Shown one piece after another: positions 1-8,426 of a stretch of DNA of 36,027 nt. The notes below the pieces were generated by a model, which worked only from the letters and a program-made list of their open reading frames with translations, was not told the DNA's origin and searched no databases. The stretch covers positions 1 through 36,027 of the forward strand of contig JBIIZX010000001.1 in NCBI GenBank assembly GCA_044346055.1, in the 5' to 3' direction. This DNA comes from Burkholderiaceae bacterium. GTDB taxonomy: Bacteria > Pseudomonadota > Gammaproteobacteria > Burkholderiales > Burkholderiaceae_F. The translations under genes and the position numbers were made by a program. The number at the start of each line of letters is the position of its first letter. The first letter of the stretch is position 1.

Positions 1-1
1 C

Positions 2-655
2 TATCTGATCGGCTTTGCGCTGTACCGGCGCAGCGGGTTCAATGCGCTGGTCAACCCGGTCGCGATCCCGGTCGTGCTGCTCGTGCTGGTGCTGTGGTCC
101 ACGGGGACGCCGTATGCCAGCTACTTCGAGGGCGCGCAGTTCGTCCACTTTCTGCTCGGCCCGGCCACGGTGGCCCTGGCGATTCCGCTGTACGAGCAGG
201 CGGCCAAGCTGCGCCGGGTGTGGTTGGCGCTCACTGTGGGGCTGATCGTTGGCGTGGTGGTCGCGATCACGTCGGCGGTGGTGATCGCGTGGCTGCTCGG
301 CGCCTCGCCAGCCACGCTGGCCTCGCTCGCGCCCAAGTCGGTGACGACACCCGTTGCGATGGGCGTGTCGGAGAAGATCGGCGGCATTCCCTCGCTCACC
401 GCGGTGATGGTGGTGCTGACCGGCATGGTCGGCGCGACTCTGGCGACCTTTGTGTTCAACGCGCTGCGGATCAAGAGCTACGTGGCGCGCGGCTTTGCGA
501 TCGGCCTGGCTGCCCACGGTCAGGGCGTGGCACGCGCTTTCATCGTCAACCAGGAAGCAGGCGCCTTCGCCGGTCTGGCCATGGGACTCACGGCACTGGC
601 CACAGCCCTGCTTGCGCCATGGCTGGCGCCGTTGCTGCTGGGGTGGTTGAGGTGA
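2..655 (+). CDS. LrgB/CidB-family membrane protein (5' end outside window)
   Basis: Frame 2 is open from the first base (YLIGFALYRRSGFNALVNPV...) and is continuous with track ORF 74..655. It is a multi-pass hydrophobic protein with LrgB-type segments LLGPATVALAIPLY and SVTTPVAMGVSEKIGG. Confidence 0.8.
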   Translation, partial: YLIGFALYRRSGFNALVNPVAIPVVLLVLVLWSTGTPYASYFEGAQFVHFLLGPATVALAIPLYEQAAKLRRVWLALTVGLIVGVVVAITSAVVIAWLLGASPATLASLAPKSVTTPVAMGVSEKIGGIPSLTAVMVVLTGMVGATLATFVFNALRIKSYVARGFAIGLAAHGQGVARAFIVNQEAGAFAGLAMGLTALATALLAPWLAPLLLGWLR

Positions 656-681
656 GGATTGAGGATTGAGGATTGAGGATT
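654..681. repeat. Tandem heptamer array GAGGATT x4
   Basis: Read directly: gaggatt gaggatt gaggatt gaggatt. It starts at the LrgB stop codon and is followed by cggactc ccggcag cggactc. It lies between convergent genes. Confidence 0.9.
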
Positions 682-705
682 CGGACTCCCGGCAGCGGAC
701 TCCGA

Positions 706-1509
706 CTACCTCATCGCCCGTACATCGCCCGAGCCGGCCTTCTTGACCGTCAGTTGCGGGCTGCCGCGATAGCGGACGTCGCCGCTGCCGGCAATATCGA
801 CCTGCAGCGCTTCGGCGGCGTGCACGCGCACGTCGCCGCTGCCGCGGATGCGCACGGCCACCTGGCGCGCCTCCAGATTCTCGGTGTGCACGTCGCCCGA
901 ACCGCTGACGTTCACACCCAGGCTGCCGGCACGACCGCCGGCGGTGAAGTCACCGCTGCCGTTGATCGACAGAGCCACGGCATCGGCCTCGATCCGGTCG
1001 ATCACGATATCGCCCGAACCACGCACCACTGCCTCGAAGATCGGTGCCTTGATGATGTCGCCGCGCACATCGCCGGAGCCGCGGATCAAAATGCCGTTCA
1101 TCTGCTTGAACTCGACCGTGACATGCATCTTGTTGCGCGTGTGAATCGAGGTGTTCGACTTCAGGCCCACCACCAGCCGCTCGCTCTCGATGGTCGTGGT
1201 GATGAGCGGCACCACGTTGTCGTCACCGCGCACCACAACGCGCTCGGTATCACTCGCCTTCAGTTGCACGTCCACCGGCCCGGTAATCGTCAGCGCCTTG
1301 AAGCCGGTCAGGGCGCGGGCCTCCTCGATGACGTTGCCCGAGCCGTCCACGCGCTTGCCATCGCCAATCTGGATCGTCAGGGCCTGCACGGGGGCCGCGA
1401 ACAGCACACCCATGACCGACACCGGCAGCAGGAGAGTCAGCAAGGCCCGACGCCAAGCCTGCGCTGCGGCGGCAAGACGGTGGCGGTGCGGAGCGAAGGG
1501 GGCAGACAT
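706..1509 (-). CDS. Secreted head-GIN / DUF2807-like repeat protein
   Basis: The 267-aa ORF has a GGAG Shine-Dalgarno upstream of the ATG at 1509 and an N-terminal signal-like segment (LLTLLLPVSVMGVLFAAPVQA). It carries seven GSGD motifs spaced 18-20 residues apart, typical of the putative adhesin head GIN fold. Confidence 0.75.
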   Translation of the reverse strand: MSAPFAPHRHRLAAAAQAWRRALLTLLLPVSVMGVLFAAPVQALTIQIGDGKRVDGSGNVIEEARALTGFKALTITGPVDVQLKASDTERVVVRGDDNVVPLITTTIESERLVVGLKSNTSIHTRNKMHVTVEFKQMNGILIRGSGDVRGDIIKAPIFEAVVRGSGDIVIDRIEADAVALSINGSGDFTAGGRAGSLGVNVSGSGDVHTENLEARQVAVRIRGSGDVRVHAAEALQVDIAGSGDVRYRGSPQLTVKKAGSGDVRAMR

Positions 1510-1754
1510 GACATTTCTCCGGTCAATGGACGGCGGCAGTATGAGCCGGCGGGCGCGGCAGGTGGCGCGGCTGCGATGCTCGGCAAAAAGTCAGGGATGA
1601 AGTGCAGTTGCGCCGGCTGGACGCTGGCCCGGGAACTTGCACCTGGACTTTGCCGGGGCTCCTGACAGAACGCTGGCAGGAGCTCTGGCGCACAGTGCGT
1701 CGGTCGTCTCACACGACCTCTGCGCTCACGCCAAACCTTCAACCGGAGACCCCG

Positions 1755-2126
1755 ATGACTACGAAAGACGCACTGACCTGGTTCGAGATCCCCGCGGCCG
1801 ACCTGGCCCGCGCCACCCAGTTCTACGAAGCCGTGCTGCAGCGCCCGCTGCGCCACGAAGTCATGGGCCCGATGGCGATGGCGGTGTTCGACTACGCCGA
1901 GCCGGGGGTCGGGGGCTGCCTGGCCTCAGGGCCGGGGCTCACGCCAGGCGCGCAGGGCGGCGTCGTGTACCTGAACGCGGCGCCCTCGATCGACGCAGCG
2001 CTGGCGCGCGTGCCGGCCGCTGGTGGCAAGGTCGTGGTGCCGAAAACGCCGCTTCCCGGCGCGATGGGCGCGTTTGCACGGATCATCGACTGCGAAGGCA
2101 ATCTAGTCGGCCTGCACGCCGCCTGA
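1755..2126 (+). CDS. VOC (glyoxalase/bleomycin-resistance) family protein
   Basis: Internal ATG at 1755, preceded by GGAG at 1745-1748. The product MTTKDALTWFEIPAADLARATQFYEAVL...IIDCEGNLVGLHAA matches small VOC-fold proteins. The upstream part of track ORF 1602..2126 is non-protein-like. Confidence 0.8.
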   Translation: MTTKDALTWFEIPAADLARATQFYEAVLQRPLRHEVMGPMAMAVFDYAEPGVGGCLASGPGLTPGAQGGVVYLNAAPSIDAALARVPAAGGKVVVPKTPLPGAMGAFARIIDCEGNLVGLHAA

Positions 2127-2142
2127 CGGGCATCATTGCGCC

Positions 2143-2904
2143 ATGGCCACGCCAATCGCCTCCGCTACTGACGCACAAGCGCGGCGGCGCCGCGCCTGCG
2201 CCAGGCCCGCGGCAGGCAAAGGGCACGGAGAGCTTGAACACCTGCGCAACCTCGGCCCGCAGTCGCAACGCATGCTGCAGTCAGCCGGCATATCGCTACC
2301 GCAACTGCGGCGTCTAGGTGCAGTGCAGGCTTTTTGCAAGGTGCGCGCGGTCGCACCAACGGCGTCGCTGAACCTGCTCTACGCGCTGGTCGGGGCCCTG
2401 GAGGATCTCGACTGGCGCGACGTCCGCCGCACGCGCAAGCTCGCCTTGCTGATGGCACTCGAAGACGCACAGCGCGCGCTATCGGCCCGCAAGACCGCCA
2501 CCAAGGACAGCCTGCTGGCCCTGCGCAACATCGGACCTGCCATGCGGCGCGACCTGACGCTGCTGGGCGTGCGCAGCGCCGCGCAGCTGGCGCGACACGA
2601 GCCCGATCGCCTTTACCAGCGCCTGCAGAAGATCACCGGCCAGCGCCATGACCCTTGCGTGTGGGACACGTTCGCTGCGGCGGTGCATCAGGCGCGCACT
2701 GGCGAGGCCTTGCCGTGGTGGCACTTCACGGCCCGGCGCAAGCAGCGCATGGCGGCGGGAACATTCTTGACGCTACCGGCACTGCGGGCACAGGCGCCGC
2801 AGCGAACAACGGCGAGAACGAGGCAGCAGACGCAGCAGCAAACAAAGCATCGCAGGAAGATGCCGGCAGCGCGCAAGCAAACGCAACCGATCAAGCGTCG
2901 TTAG
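2143..2904 (+). CDS. TfoX C-terminal domain fused to a Cdd1-type helix-hairpin-helix domain
   Basis: LRNLGPQSQRMLQSAGISLPQLRRLGAVQAF...SLNLLYALVGAL resembles TfoX_C. LRNIGPAMRRDLTLLGVRSAAQLARHEPDRLYQRL...HDPCVWDTF resembles the Cdd1/HhH 'pathogenicity locus' domain. The C-terminal tail is basic and Q/T/R-rich. Confidence 0.65.
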   Translation: MATPIASATDAQARRRRACARPAAGKGHGELEHLRNLGPQSQRMLQSAGISLPQLRRLGAVQAFCKVRAVAPTASLNLLYALVGALEDLDWRDVRRTRKLALLMALEDAQRALSARKTATKDSLLALRNIGPAMRRDLTLLGVRSAAQLARHEPDRLYQRLQKITGQRHDPCVWDTFAAAVHQARTGEALPWWHFTARRKQRMAAGTFLTLPALRAQAPQRTTARTRQQTQQQTKHRRKMPAARKQTQPIKRR

Positions 2905-2914
2905 CCTCACCCTG

Positions 2915-3598
2915 ATGCGCCGTGCCGACCGCCTGTTCGAGATCGTGCACTACCTGCGCGGCCGGCGTCTTACCACGGCGCGCCAGCTCGCCGAGTGGCT
3001 CGAAGTCTCCGAGCGCACGATCTATCGCGATGTGGCCGATCTGCTTGCCAGCGGTGTGCCAATCGACAGCGAGGCGGGTGTCGGCTATCGCATCCGCGCA
3101 GGCTTCGACCTGCCGCCGCTGATGTTCAGCTTCAACGAGATCGAGGCCCTGACCATTGGCGCACGCTTTGTCGAAAGCTGGGGCGGGCCGGGGCTGGCGC
3201 AGGGGGCACGCTCGGCGCTGGCCAAGATCGCAGCCGCGCTGCCGCAGGACAAGCGCGCGGCACTCGAGTCCTCGCGCCTGTTTGCGCCAGGCTTCTTTGT
3301 CGATCCAATGCCGGGGGAGCGGCTGGAGGCCGTGCGCCAGGCGCTGGCCGAGCGGCGCGTGGCTGCGATGACCTACAAGGATGGCGACGGCACCGCATCA
3401 GAGCGGCGCGTGCGGCCACTCGGTCTGTACTTCTGGGGCCAGACGTGGTCGTTGGCCGCCTGGTGCGAGCTGCGCCAGGACTTTCGCAATTTTCGGCTCG
3501 ACCGGATCATGGCGCTCACCGTCCTGCCCGAGCGCTTTGCCGATGAACCGGGGCAGCGGCTCGAAGACTTCGTGCGGAAGATGCAGGCCGAGAGCTAG
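2915..3598 (+). CDS. YafY-family transcriptional regulator (HTH + WYL domain)
   Basis: N-terminus MRRADRLFEIVHYLRGRRLTTARQLAEWLEVSERTIYRDVADL is the HTH_11/DeoR-like part. The C-terminus ...RRVRPLGLYFWGQTWSLAAWCELRQDFRNFRLDRI is the WYL domain. Confidence 0.9.
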   Translation: MRRADRLFEIVHYLRGRRLTTARQLAEWLEVSERTIYRDVADLLASGVPIDSEAGVGYRIRAGFDLPPLMFSFNEIEALTIGARFVESWGGPGLAQGARSALAKIAAALPQDKRAALESSRLFAPGFFVDPMPGERLEAVRQALAERRVAAMTYKDGDGTASERRVRPLGLYFWGQTWSLAAWCELRQDFRNFRLDRIMALTVLPERFADEPGQRLEDFVRKMQAES

Positions 3599-4143
3599 GC
3601 TGCGGCTCGTTCGCCGCCGCAAAGCATCGGACCCGAATCGCGCTGCCCCGCAACGATCAGTTGCAGGCGGCGGCGCACCATCTCGCTGTGCGAACGCAGG
3701 GCGTACAGCTCGTCGGCGTGCGACAGCGGCACGGTGGTGCGGCCAACCGTGGCAATCAGATTGGCAAGCCAGCACGGCAGGTCGCGCTGCATCAGCGGCG
3801 GGCCGCTGCGGCTGGCGCCGCCTTGCACGAAGGCGAGATCAATCTGCTCGTTGGGATCACGCAGCCGGCGCAGGTTGTCGGGCGCGCCCTGCGCGCTGCG
3901 CATCTCAACCAGGATGCCAAAGCGCTTGAGCTCCTCCACGTAGCGCTTGCCGAACTCGTGATGCGCGCCCTGCTGTGAGCCCGTGGCAAGCACCACGCGC
4001 CGCGGCGGCATCGGATCGACCCAGAGCCATGCGACCCACAGATACGCGACCCACAGCGCCAGCAGGACGAGCAATCGCACCGGCGCGAGAAAGAGGGCCA
4101 GGTCGCGCAGCGAGAGGATGCTTTCCTTGAATGGCCGCGGCAT
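3595..4143 (-). CDS. TAXI-family TRAP-type solute-binding protein, N-terminal fragment (possible gene remnant)
   Basis: Start chosen at the internal ATG at 4143 (MPRPFKESILSLRDL...). A TM/signal segment is followed by VVLATGSQQGAHHEFGKRYVEELKRFGILVEMRSAQGAPDNLRRLRDPNEQIDLAFVQGG, typical of TAXI proteins. Only about 110 residues look homologous, followed by an unrelated tail. The ORF overlaps the yafY stop by 4 nt. Confidence 0.45.
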   Translation of the reverse strand: MPRPFKESILSLRDLALFLAPVRLLVLLALWVAYLWVAWLWVDPMPPRRVVLATGSQQGAHHEFGKRYVEELKRFGILVEMRSAQGAPDNLRRLRDPNEQIDLAFVQGGASRSGPPLMQRDLPCWLANLIATVGRTTVPLSHADELYALRSHSEMVRRRLQLIVAGQRDSGPMLCGGERAAA

Positions 4144-4238
4144 GCAGGCGCACGTTAAAGCGCGTGGTCGACGGCGCCGGTTGAGCCGCCTGGGCTGAGG
4201 AGCTCGAGCCGCTTGACGCGAAGGGCGCTGCGAACGTT

Positions 4239-4276
4239 GCCGCTTGATGTCGCCGCTTGATGTTGCCGCTTGGAGT
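4239..4276. repeat. 13-bp-period direct repeats GCCGCTTGATGT x3 (third copy GCCGCTTGGAGT)
   Basis: Copies start at 4239, 4252 and 4265. A degenerate fourth copy (gccgcttgacgc) lies at about 4208. The site is upstream of the TAXI-fragment start. Confidence 0.85.
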
Positions 4277-4303
4277 TGGGTTTCGCCGCGGCCTGCGCCC
4301 GCG

Positions 4304-4975
4304 CTAGTACCGGATCGCGCAGCCCTGAAAGGTCTGGGCGCCGAGCCGGGCGATGACGCTGGCGCCATAGGCCGCTTCGGCGTTCAGATTCAGGCACAGG
4401 CCCTCGGTGAACTGGATGCGCAGCGTGCCGCCATCGAGCTGCGACCAGGCGTCAAAGGTGCGAGTGTTGCCCTCCACCAGGCTGGGCTTGGCGAAGGCGC
4501 TGCCAGCAAAGCGCACGGGCTGCAGGGTGAGCCGGCGCAGCGTGGCTTGCGCCGGTGTGGCGACAAAGCCCCAAGGCGCGTCCGTGCCGGTGGCGGCCAG
4601 CAGCACATTGGGCGGCAGATCCGTCGGTAGGCCGTTGCAGTCGGCAACGTACCCGATCACCCGATAGAGACGATTGGCAGTCACTGTCTTGCCCGCGACG
4701 CTGCCGCGCAGCTCCACATAGATCGGGCGGTCCTGCTGGCTCATCACGGGGCGCACCGCGGCGATCGCATTGGTCAGCGCCGCATCCGGCGACTTGTCCT
4801 GCACCTCAAGGGGGGCGTTGCTGCCACAGCGAGTGAAGACCAGTCCGTTGGAGGTCTCCATCGCAAAGCCGCGCAGATCGACGCTTTTATCAAGACTCGC
4901 CTGCGCGCTGGCGATGCCAGGCAGCGCAAGGGCACAGGACAGCAGGAGCGGGAGAAGGTGGGATCGGACAGCCAT
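4304..4975 (-). CDS. Secreted hypothetical protein
   Basis: Start placed at the ATG at 4975 (MAVRSHLLPLLLSCALALPGIASA/Q signal peptide). The longer track ORF would read through the terminator at 5029-5060. No family recognised. Confidence 0.6.
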   Translation of the reverse strand: MAVRSHLLPLLLSCALALPGIASAQASLDKSVDLRGFAMETSNGLVFTRCGSNAPLEVQDKSPDAALTNAIAAVRPVMSQQDRPIYVELRGSVAGKTVTANRLYRVIGYVADCNGLPTDLPPNVLLAATGTDAPWGFVATPAQATLRRLTLQPVRFAGSAFAKPSLVEGNTRTFDAWSQLDGGTLRIQFTEGLCLNLNAEAAYGASVIARLGAQTFQGCAIRY

Positions 4976-5028
4976 GGCAGCCACGCTTGAGGTCAACAAG
5001 ATGATCAAAGCGAACAAAGTGAGAAGAC

Positions 5029-5060
5029 AAAAAAAAGCCGCGCGCAGTATCGCGCGCGGC
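5029..5060 (-). terminator. Rho-independent terminator of the DUF1501-like gene
   Basis: On the minus strand it reads gccgcgcgc-gatact-gcgcgcggc (perfect 9-bp GC stem, 5037-5045 / 5052-5060), followed immediately by T8 (5029-5036). It lies 22 nt downstream of the stop at 5082. Confidence 0.85.
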
Positions 5061-5081
5061 ATTGCTTGGCAAAACCCGAAA

Positions 5082-6383
5082 TTACATGTTCGGGTAGCCG
5101 GTGGAGGCAGCCGGGTTGAACAGCTCGATCCGCTCCGCAGCCGGGACCTTGAGGTCATAGCGCGGGTCGGTGGTCTCGATGCCGAGGTAACGGCGCATCG
5201 CGTCGTGCACATGGCGCGGAGTGATGGTCACGCCCGGCGCGGCCGCATCGGCGACGACGGCACCGGTGGTCGGGTTGATGCGCTGGCGCTCGTGACGCGG
5301 GCCGCTGGCGCCGAACACGCGGTTGGCCCAGGGAGCGTTGGCTTCCATGATGATCGACGAGCCCACCGACCAGTGGTCCTTGCCCATCTGGTTGTTGAGC
5401 GCCGTACGGCCGAACTCCGAGTACACCCGCACCATGATGCGGTTGGTCATGTTGAGCGCCGCCGACTGTTGCCAGATGAAGTCGACCATGCGCAGCAGCT
5501 GCGGCAGGTTGTTTTGCATCGCCGGGTCGTTGTTGCTGTGGGTGTCGAAGCCGCCGCTTTGCAACTGGATCGTGGAGGTGATCCCGGACTGGGCCGCGAT
5601 CAACGCCACGTGCGCGTTCGCGAAATTGGCGTCGAACGTAGCCGGCAGGAACTGCGCCACACGTGCCAACAGCGCACGCGACTCCGAGGCCTGCAGGAAC
5701 TGGTCGGAAACCGTGGCAAAGCGCGGCAGAGTGGTCGGACTGGCCTTGAAGGCGGCCATGCGCTCGGCGCGCGCAGCCAGCACCTTGTCCAGGTCCTGCT
5801 GCTTCATGAAGTCATTGGTGGCCGAGGCCGAATTTGGCGACAGCAGCGCGCGGAAACTGGCCGCGTTGGGAATAGGCGTAGGCGCAGCCAGACCCACCGA
5901 CCTCATGAAGCCGCCGGCATTCAGCCAGGGCATGGGCAGGCCCTTGCCCTGCTTGTTCGCATGCAGCTCATTAAGCGTCGGATAGCCCATGTCCAGGCGA
6001 CCGGTCGCGTTGGCCTGAGTGCCGGCACCGTGGTCGTTGGTCTCGCTATGCAGGCCGTTAACGACGAGCGTATGCGGAAAGTAATTGGAGAAGAAGTCCT
6101 GCGTGCTGCCGCGGTTGCCCGCGACCCCGAACGGTGCCACGCGAAGATTGCCAGCCTGGACGATGTTGCGGATAGTGCCAGCCTGCGCGTAGACATTGAT
6201 AGCCGGGTTGTTGCGCGGGTCCACCCATGAGCTCTGGTCAATACCGCCCGAGGCGTGGATGTTGATGAGAACCTTGCCCGTGTACAGGTTGGCTGCCTCG
6301 GCACCCGCCACCGGGACGTAACCCCACCAGGGGATCGTCACGCCGGTTGCCCCAAGCAGCTTGAAAAAGTCTCTGCGTTCCAT
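5082..6383 (-). CDS. DUF1501-like (sulfatase/alkaline-phosphatase superfamily) protein with Tat signal
   Basis: Twin-arginine N-terminus MERRDFFKLLGATG. It carries the motifs GGFDTHSNN and SEFGRTALNNQMGKDHW characteristic of DUF1501. A GGAG Shine-Dalgarno lies upstream of 6383. Confidence 0.75.
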   Translation of the reverse strand: MERRDFFKLLGATGVTIPWWGYVPVAGAEAANLYTGKVLINIHASGGIDQSSWVDPRNNPAINVYAQAGTIRNIVQAGNLRVAPFGVAGNRGSTQDFFSNYFPHTLVVNGLHSETNDHGAGTQANATGRLDMGYPTLNELHANKQGKGLPMPWLNAGGFMRSVGLAAPTPIPNAASFRALLSPNSASATNDFMKQQDLDKVLAARAERMAAFKASPTTLPRFATVSDQFLQASESRALLARVAQFLPATFDANFANAHVALIAAQSGITSTIQLQSGGFDTHSNNDPAMQNNLPQLLRMVDFIWQQSAALNMTNRIMVRVYSEFGRTALNNQMGKDHWSVGSSIIMEANAPWANRVFGASGPRHERQRINPTTGAVVADAAAPGVTITPRHVHDAMRRYLGIETTDPRYDLKVPAAERIELFNPAASTGYPNM

Positions 6384-6413
6384 GTTGCTACTCCGTTTCT
6401 TGGCCGGTGGCGT

Positions 6414-8426
6414 TTATTCGAACAGGAACTTGGCGTCGCCGATCATGTAGGCGACGACAGCGGCCCAGGCACGGCCCGTGTAGTTCGGGTCGTTAGTGGC
6501 GTTCAGCCCGCAGTTGACCGGGCGGGTTGGCGCCGTGGCACGGTCATTCCAGACGTCGGTGAACAGCTTCACCGTGCGCAGCACCTCCGGATGATCTGCC
6601 GGAAGGTTTTCCTTGAGCAGCCAGTTGTGCATATAGCGGGCGTTCGCGGTGATCGCTGCCAAGCCCTGCGGCGTGGCCGGCGTATCCGTCAGAGCAACGC
6701 TCGGGAACAACATGCGGCTGCCCGCAGCACGGCCGAAGTCGGTTTGCACCATGCCGCAGCTCAAGGTGGAGGTGAGGCCGTCCATGACGGTGGTCTGCAA
6801 CATCGTGTATTCCTTAGCGCGCTGAGTGCGGGTGTTGCCATCGAAGTCGCCGAAGTTCAGCGCTGCACCGTTGCCGTAGTTGATCGGCAGGCTGTTGCCG
6901 GTGGTGACGTTGAAGCCGTTGAACGTGGTGCCCGTGGTGGCCTGCAACTTGGCGTTGAGCATCGTCGTCATCAGCAGGTTGACGCTGCCCAGGTCAAAAA
7001 GCTCGGCAGCGCGGCCGCTGCTCATGCCGGTCACACCTTCGGCGCGGAACCAGTTGGACATCACCAGATCGACGATCAGCTCCTTGACGTTGTAGGTCAT
7101 CGAGAACCGCGCGGCGATGGCGTCAAACTCGGTCTGCTGCGCGTTGTAGGCAGCGCGGCGGCCGGCGTACTGCGGGCTGGTGGGGTCGGTCGGCGCTTTC
7201 AGCGGCGCGCGTCCGAACACCGCCTCGTACCAGAAGTACACACCACCCAGGGCGAAGCGTGCATCGCCGGCAACCTGCTGGCCGATCCACTGCAGGGCAG
7301 TGCGGCTGCCGGTGACGCCACCGGGCATGGCAATGCCGCCGTAGCCCGGTGCCTTGCCATCACGGAACCAGTTGTCGCCCTGCTTGAAGAACTCCATGCC
7401 GGCGGCATCGTTCGGGTAGCTGGTGTTGCGGTAGCTGGCCGGCAGTGCCGTGGGCACGCTGTTCACCATGTTGGGCAGATAGCGGTTGTTCTCCGCCCAG
7501 TTCTGCCAGCCGGCCGCGATCGGATCGATCACGTCGTGGCACACGGCGCAGCCGGGGTTCTCAACGGTCGGCACGATGAACGTGCGGCCATCTTCGATCG
7601 GGCGCGCAGCCAGCGCCGTCACATCGGTGGCCAGGAACTGCCACGCCATGACGTTAACGCGATGACGGTTGCGGTTGGTCGGCGTGGTCGGAAAGCTGTC
7701 GAGCCAAGCCTGCGTGGACAGCACACCGGCGTGCTCGCGCATGCCGCCCAGTCGCTCGGGGATGCGCGCCGGGCGCCACTCGTTGTTGTCGGTGGCGTTG
7801 GCAAACGGCTCGAGCACCTGGGCGCCCATGAATTGCGCCATCACCGGATTGACCACGGTGTAGTTGCCCTGGACGATGTCCTTCCAGGACTTGTCGTTCT
7901 TGACCACATACTTCAGGAGCTCGATCGGCTCACGGCGCACCGCAGTGTCAAACGCGCCGCCCGAGTTGCCGACGTTGGCGAGCATCGGGAAGTCGTTGTT
8001 GGACAGGCCGCGGTTATTGGCGCGTGCCACGACCCGGTTGACGAGGAACACGCTCATGCCGGTCTCGTCGAGGAACCGGTCAAAGGTGGGGCCCTGAAGG
8101 AAGCTGCGGATCGTCGTGCGCAGGGCCTGCTCGTTGGCCGAAGCGGCAGCGAGCTCAGCCGCGGTCGGGTTGCGGCCGGCGAACATGGTGGCGGCCTTGG
8201 CCAACGTTGCGCCGTTGTCCATCAGCGACACGCCGGTCCAGAACGAACCGGACATCCCCGGCGGCGGCGGCAAATTGGTCGGCGGCGCGGTGGGCGGCGC
8301 GGTCGAAGGACCGGTGTTCGACGCCGAATCGCCTCCGCCGCTGCAACCAGCCATGAGCGCGACAGCGACCATGGAGGCGCACAGAGTGCGGCCGAAAACG
8401 GATGTTGTGGTGCTAGTGCCTCTCAT
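6414..8426 (-). CDS. Lipoprotein with CxxCH motif, DUF1592/DUF1588/DUF1585-like
   Basis: Start at the ATG at 8426 (MRGTSTTTSVFGRTLCASMVAVALMAGC lipobox), with an AGGAG Shine-Dalgarno about 6 nt upstream. A P/T-rich linker follows. EPIELLKYVVKNDKSWKDIVQGNYTVVNPVMAQFMG and HAGVLSTQAWL resemble DUF1592/1588. CAVCHDVIDPIAAGW resembles the DUF1585 heme-type motif. Confidence 0.65.
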   Translation of the reverse strand: MRGTSTTTSVFGRTLCASMVAVALMAGCSGGGDSASNTGPSTAPPTAPPTNLPPPPGMSGSFWTGVSLMDNGATLAKAATMFAGRNPTAAELAAASANEQALRTTIRSFLQGPTFDRFLDETGMSVFLVNRVVARANNRGLSNNDFPMLANVGNSGGAFDTAVRREPIELLKYVVKNDKSWKDIVQGNYTVVNPVMAQFMGAQVLEPFANATDNNEWRPARIPERLGGMREHAGVLSTQAWLDSFPTTPTNRNRHRVNVMAWQFLATDVTALAARPIEDGRTFIVPTVENPGCAVCHDVIDPIAAGWQNWAENNRYLPNMVNSVPTALPASYRNTSYPNDAAGMEFFKQGDNWFRDGKAPGYGGIAMPGGVTGSRTALQWIGQQVAGDARFALGGVYFWYEAVFGRAPLKAPTDPTSPQYAGRRAAYNAQQTEFDAIAARFSMTYNVKELIVDLVMSNWFRAEGVTGMSSGRAAELFDLGSVNLLMTTMLNAKLQATTGTTFNGFNVTTGNSLPINYGNGAALNFGDFDGNTRTQRAKEYTMLQTTVMDGLTSTLSCGMVQTDFGRAAGSRMLFPSVALTDTPATPQGLAAITANARYMHNWLLKENLPADHPEVLRTVKLFTDVWNDRATAPTRPVNCGLNATNDPNYTGRAWAAVVAYMIGDAKFLFE

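Noticed and set aside
673-1665. 330-aa plus-strand ORF
   Set aside because: It lies antisense to the GIN-domain gene, whose GSGD periodicity, signal peptide and Shine-Dalgarno support the minus strand.
1674-1690. TGGCAG-N4-TCTGGC resembling a sigma-54 -24/-12 element upstream of the VOC gene
   Set aside because: The -12 half (TTGC) is not present and the spacing does not fit the TGGCAC-N5-TTGC consensus.
4144-4368. 257-aa version of the TAXI-fragment ORF
   Set aside because: The extra 75 N-terminal residues are R/A/S/P-rich and cover the 13-bp direct repeats. Homology-like sequence starts at MPRPFKESILSLRDL (ATG 4143).
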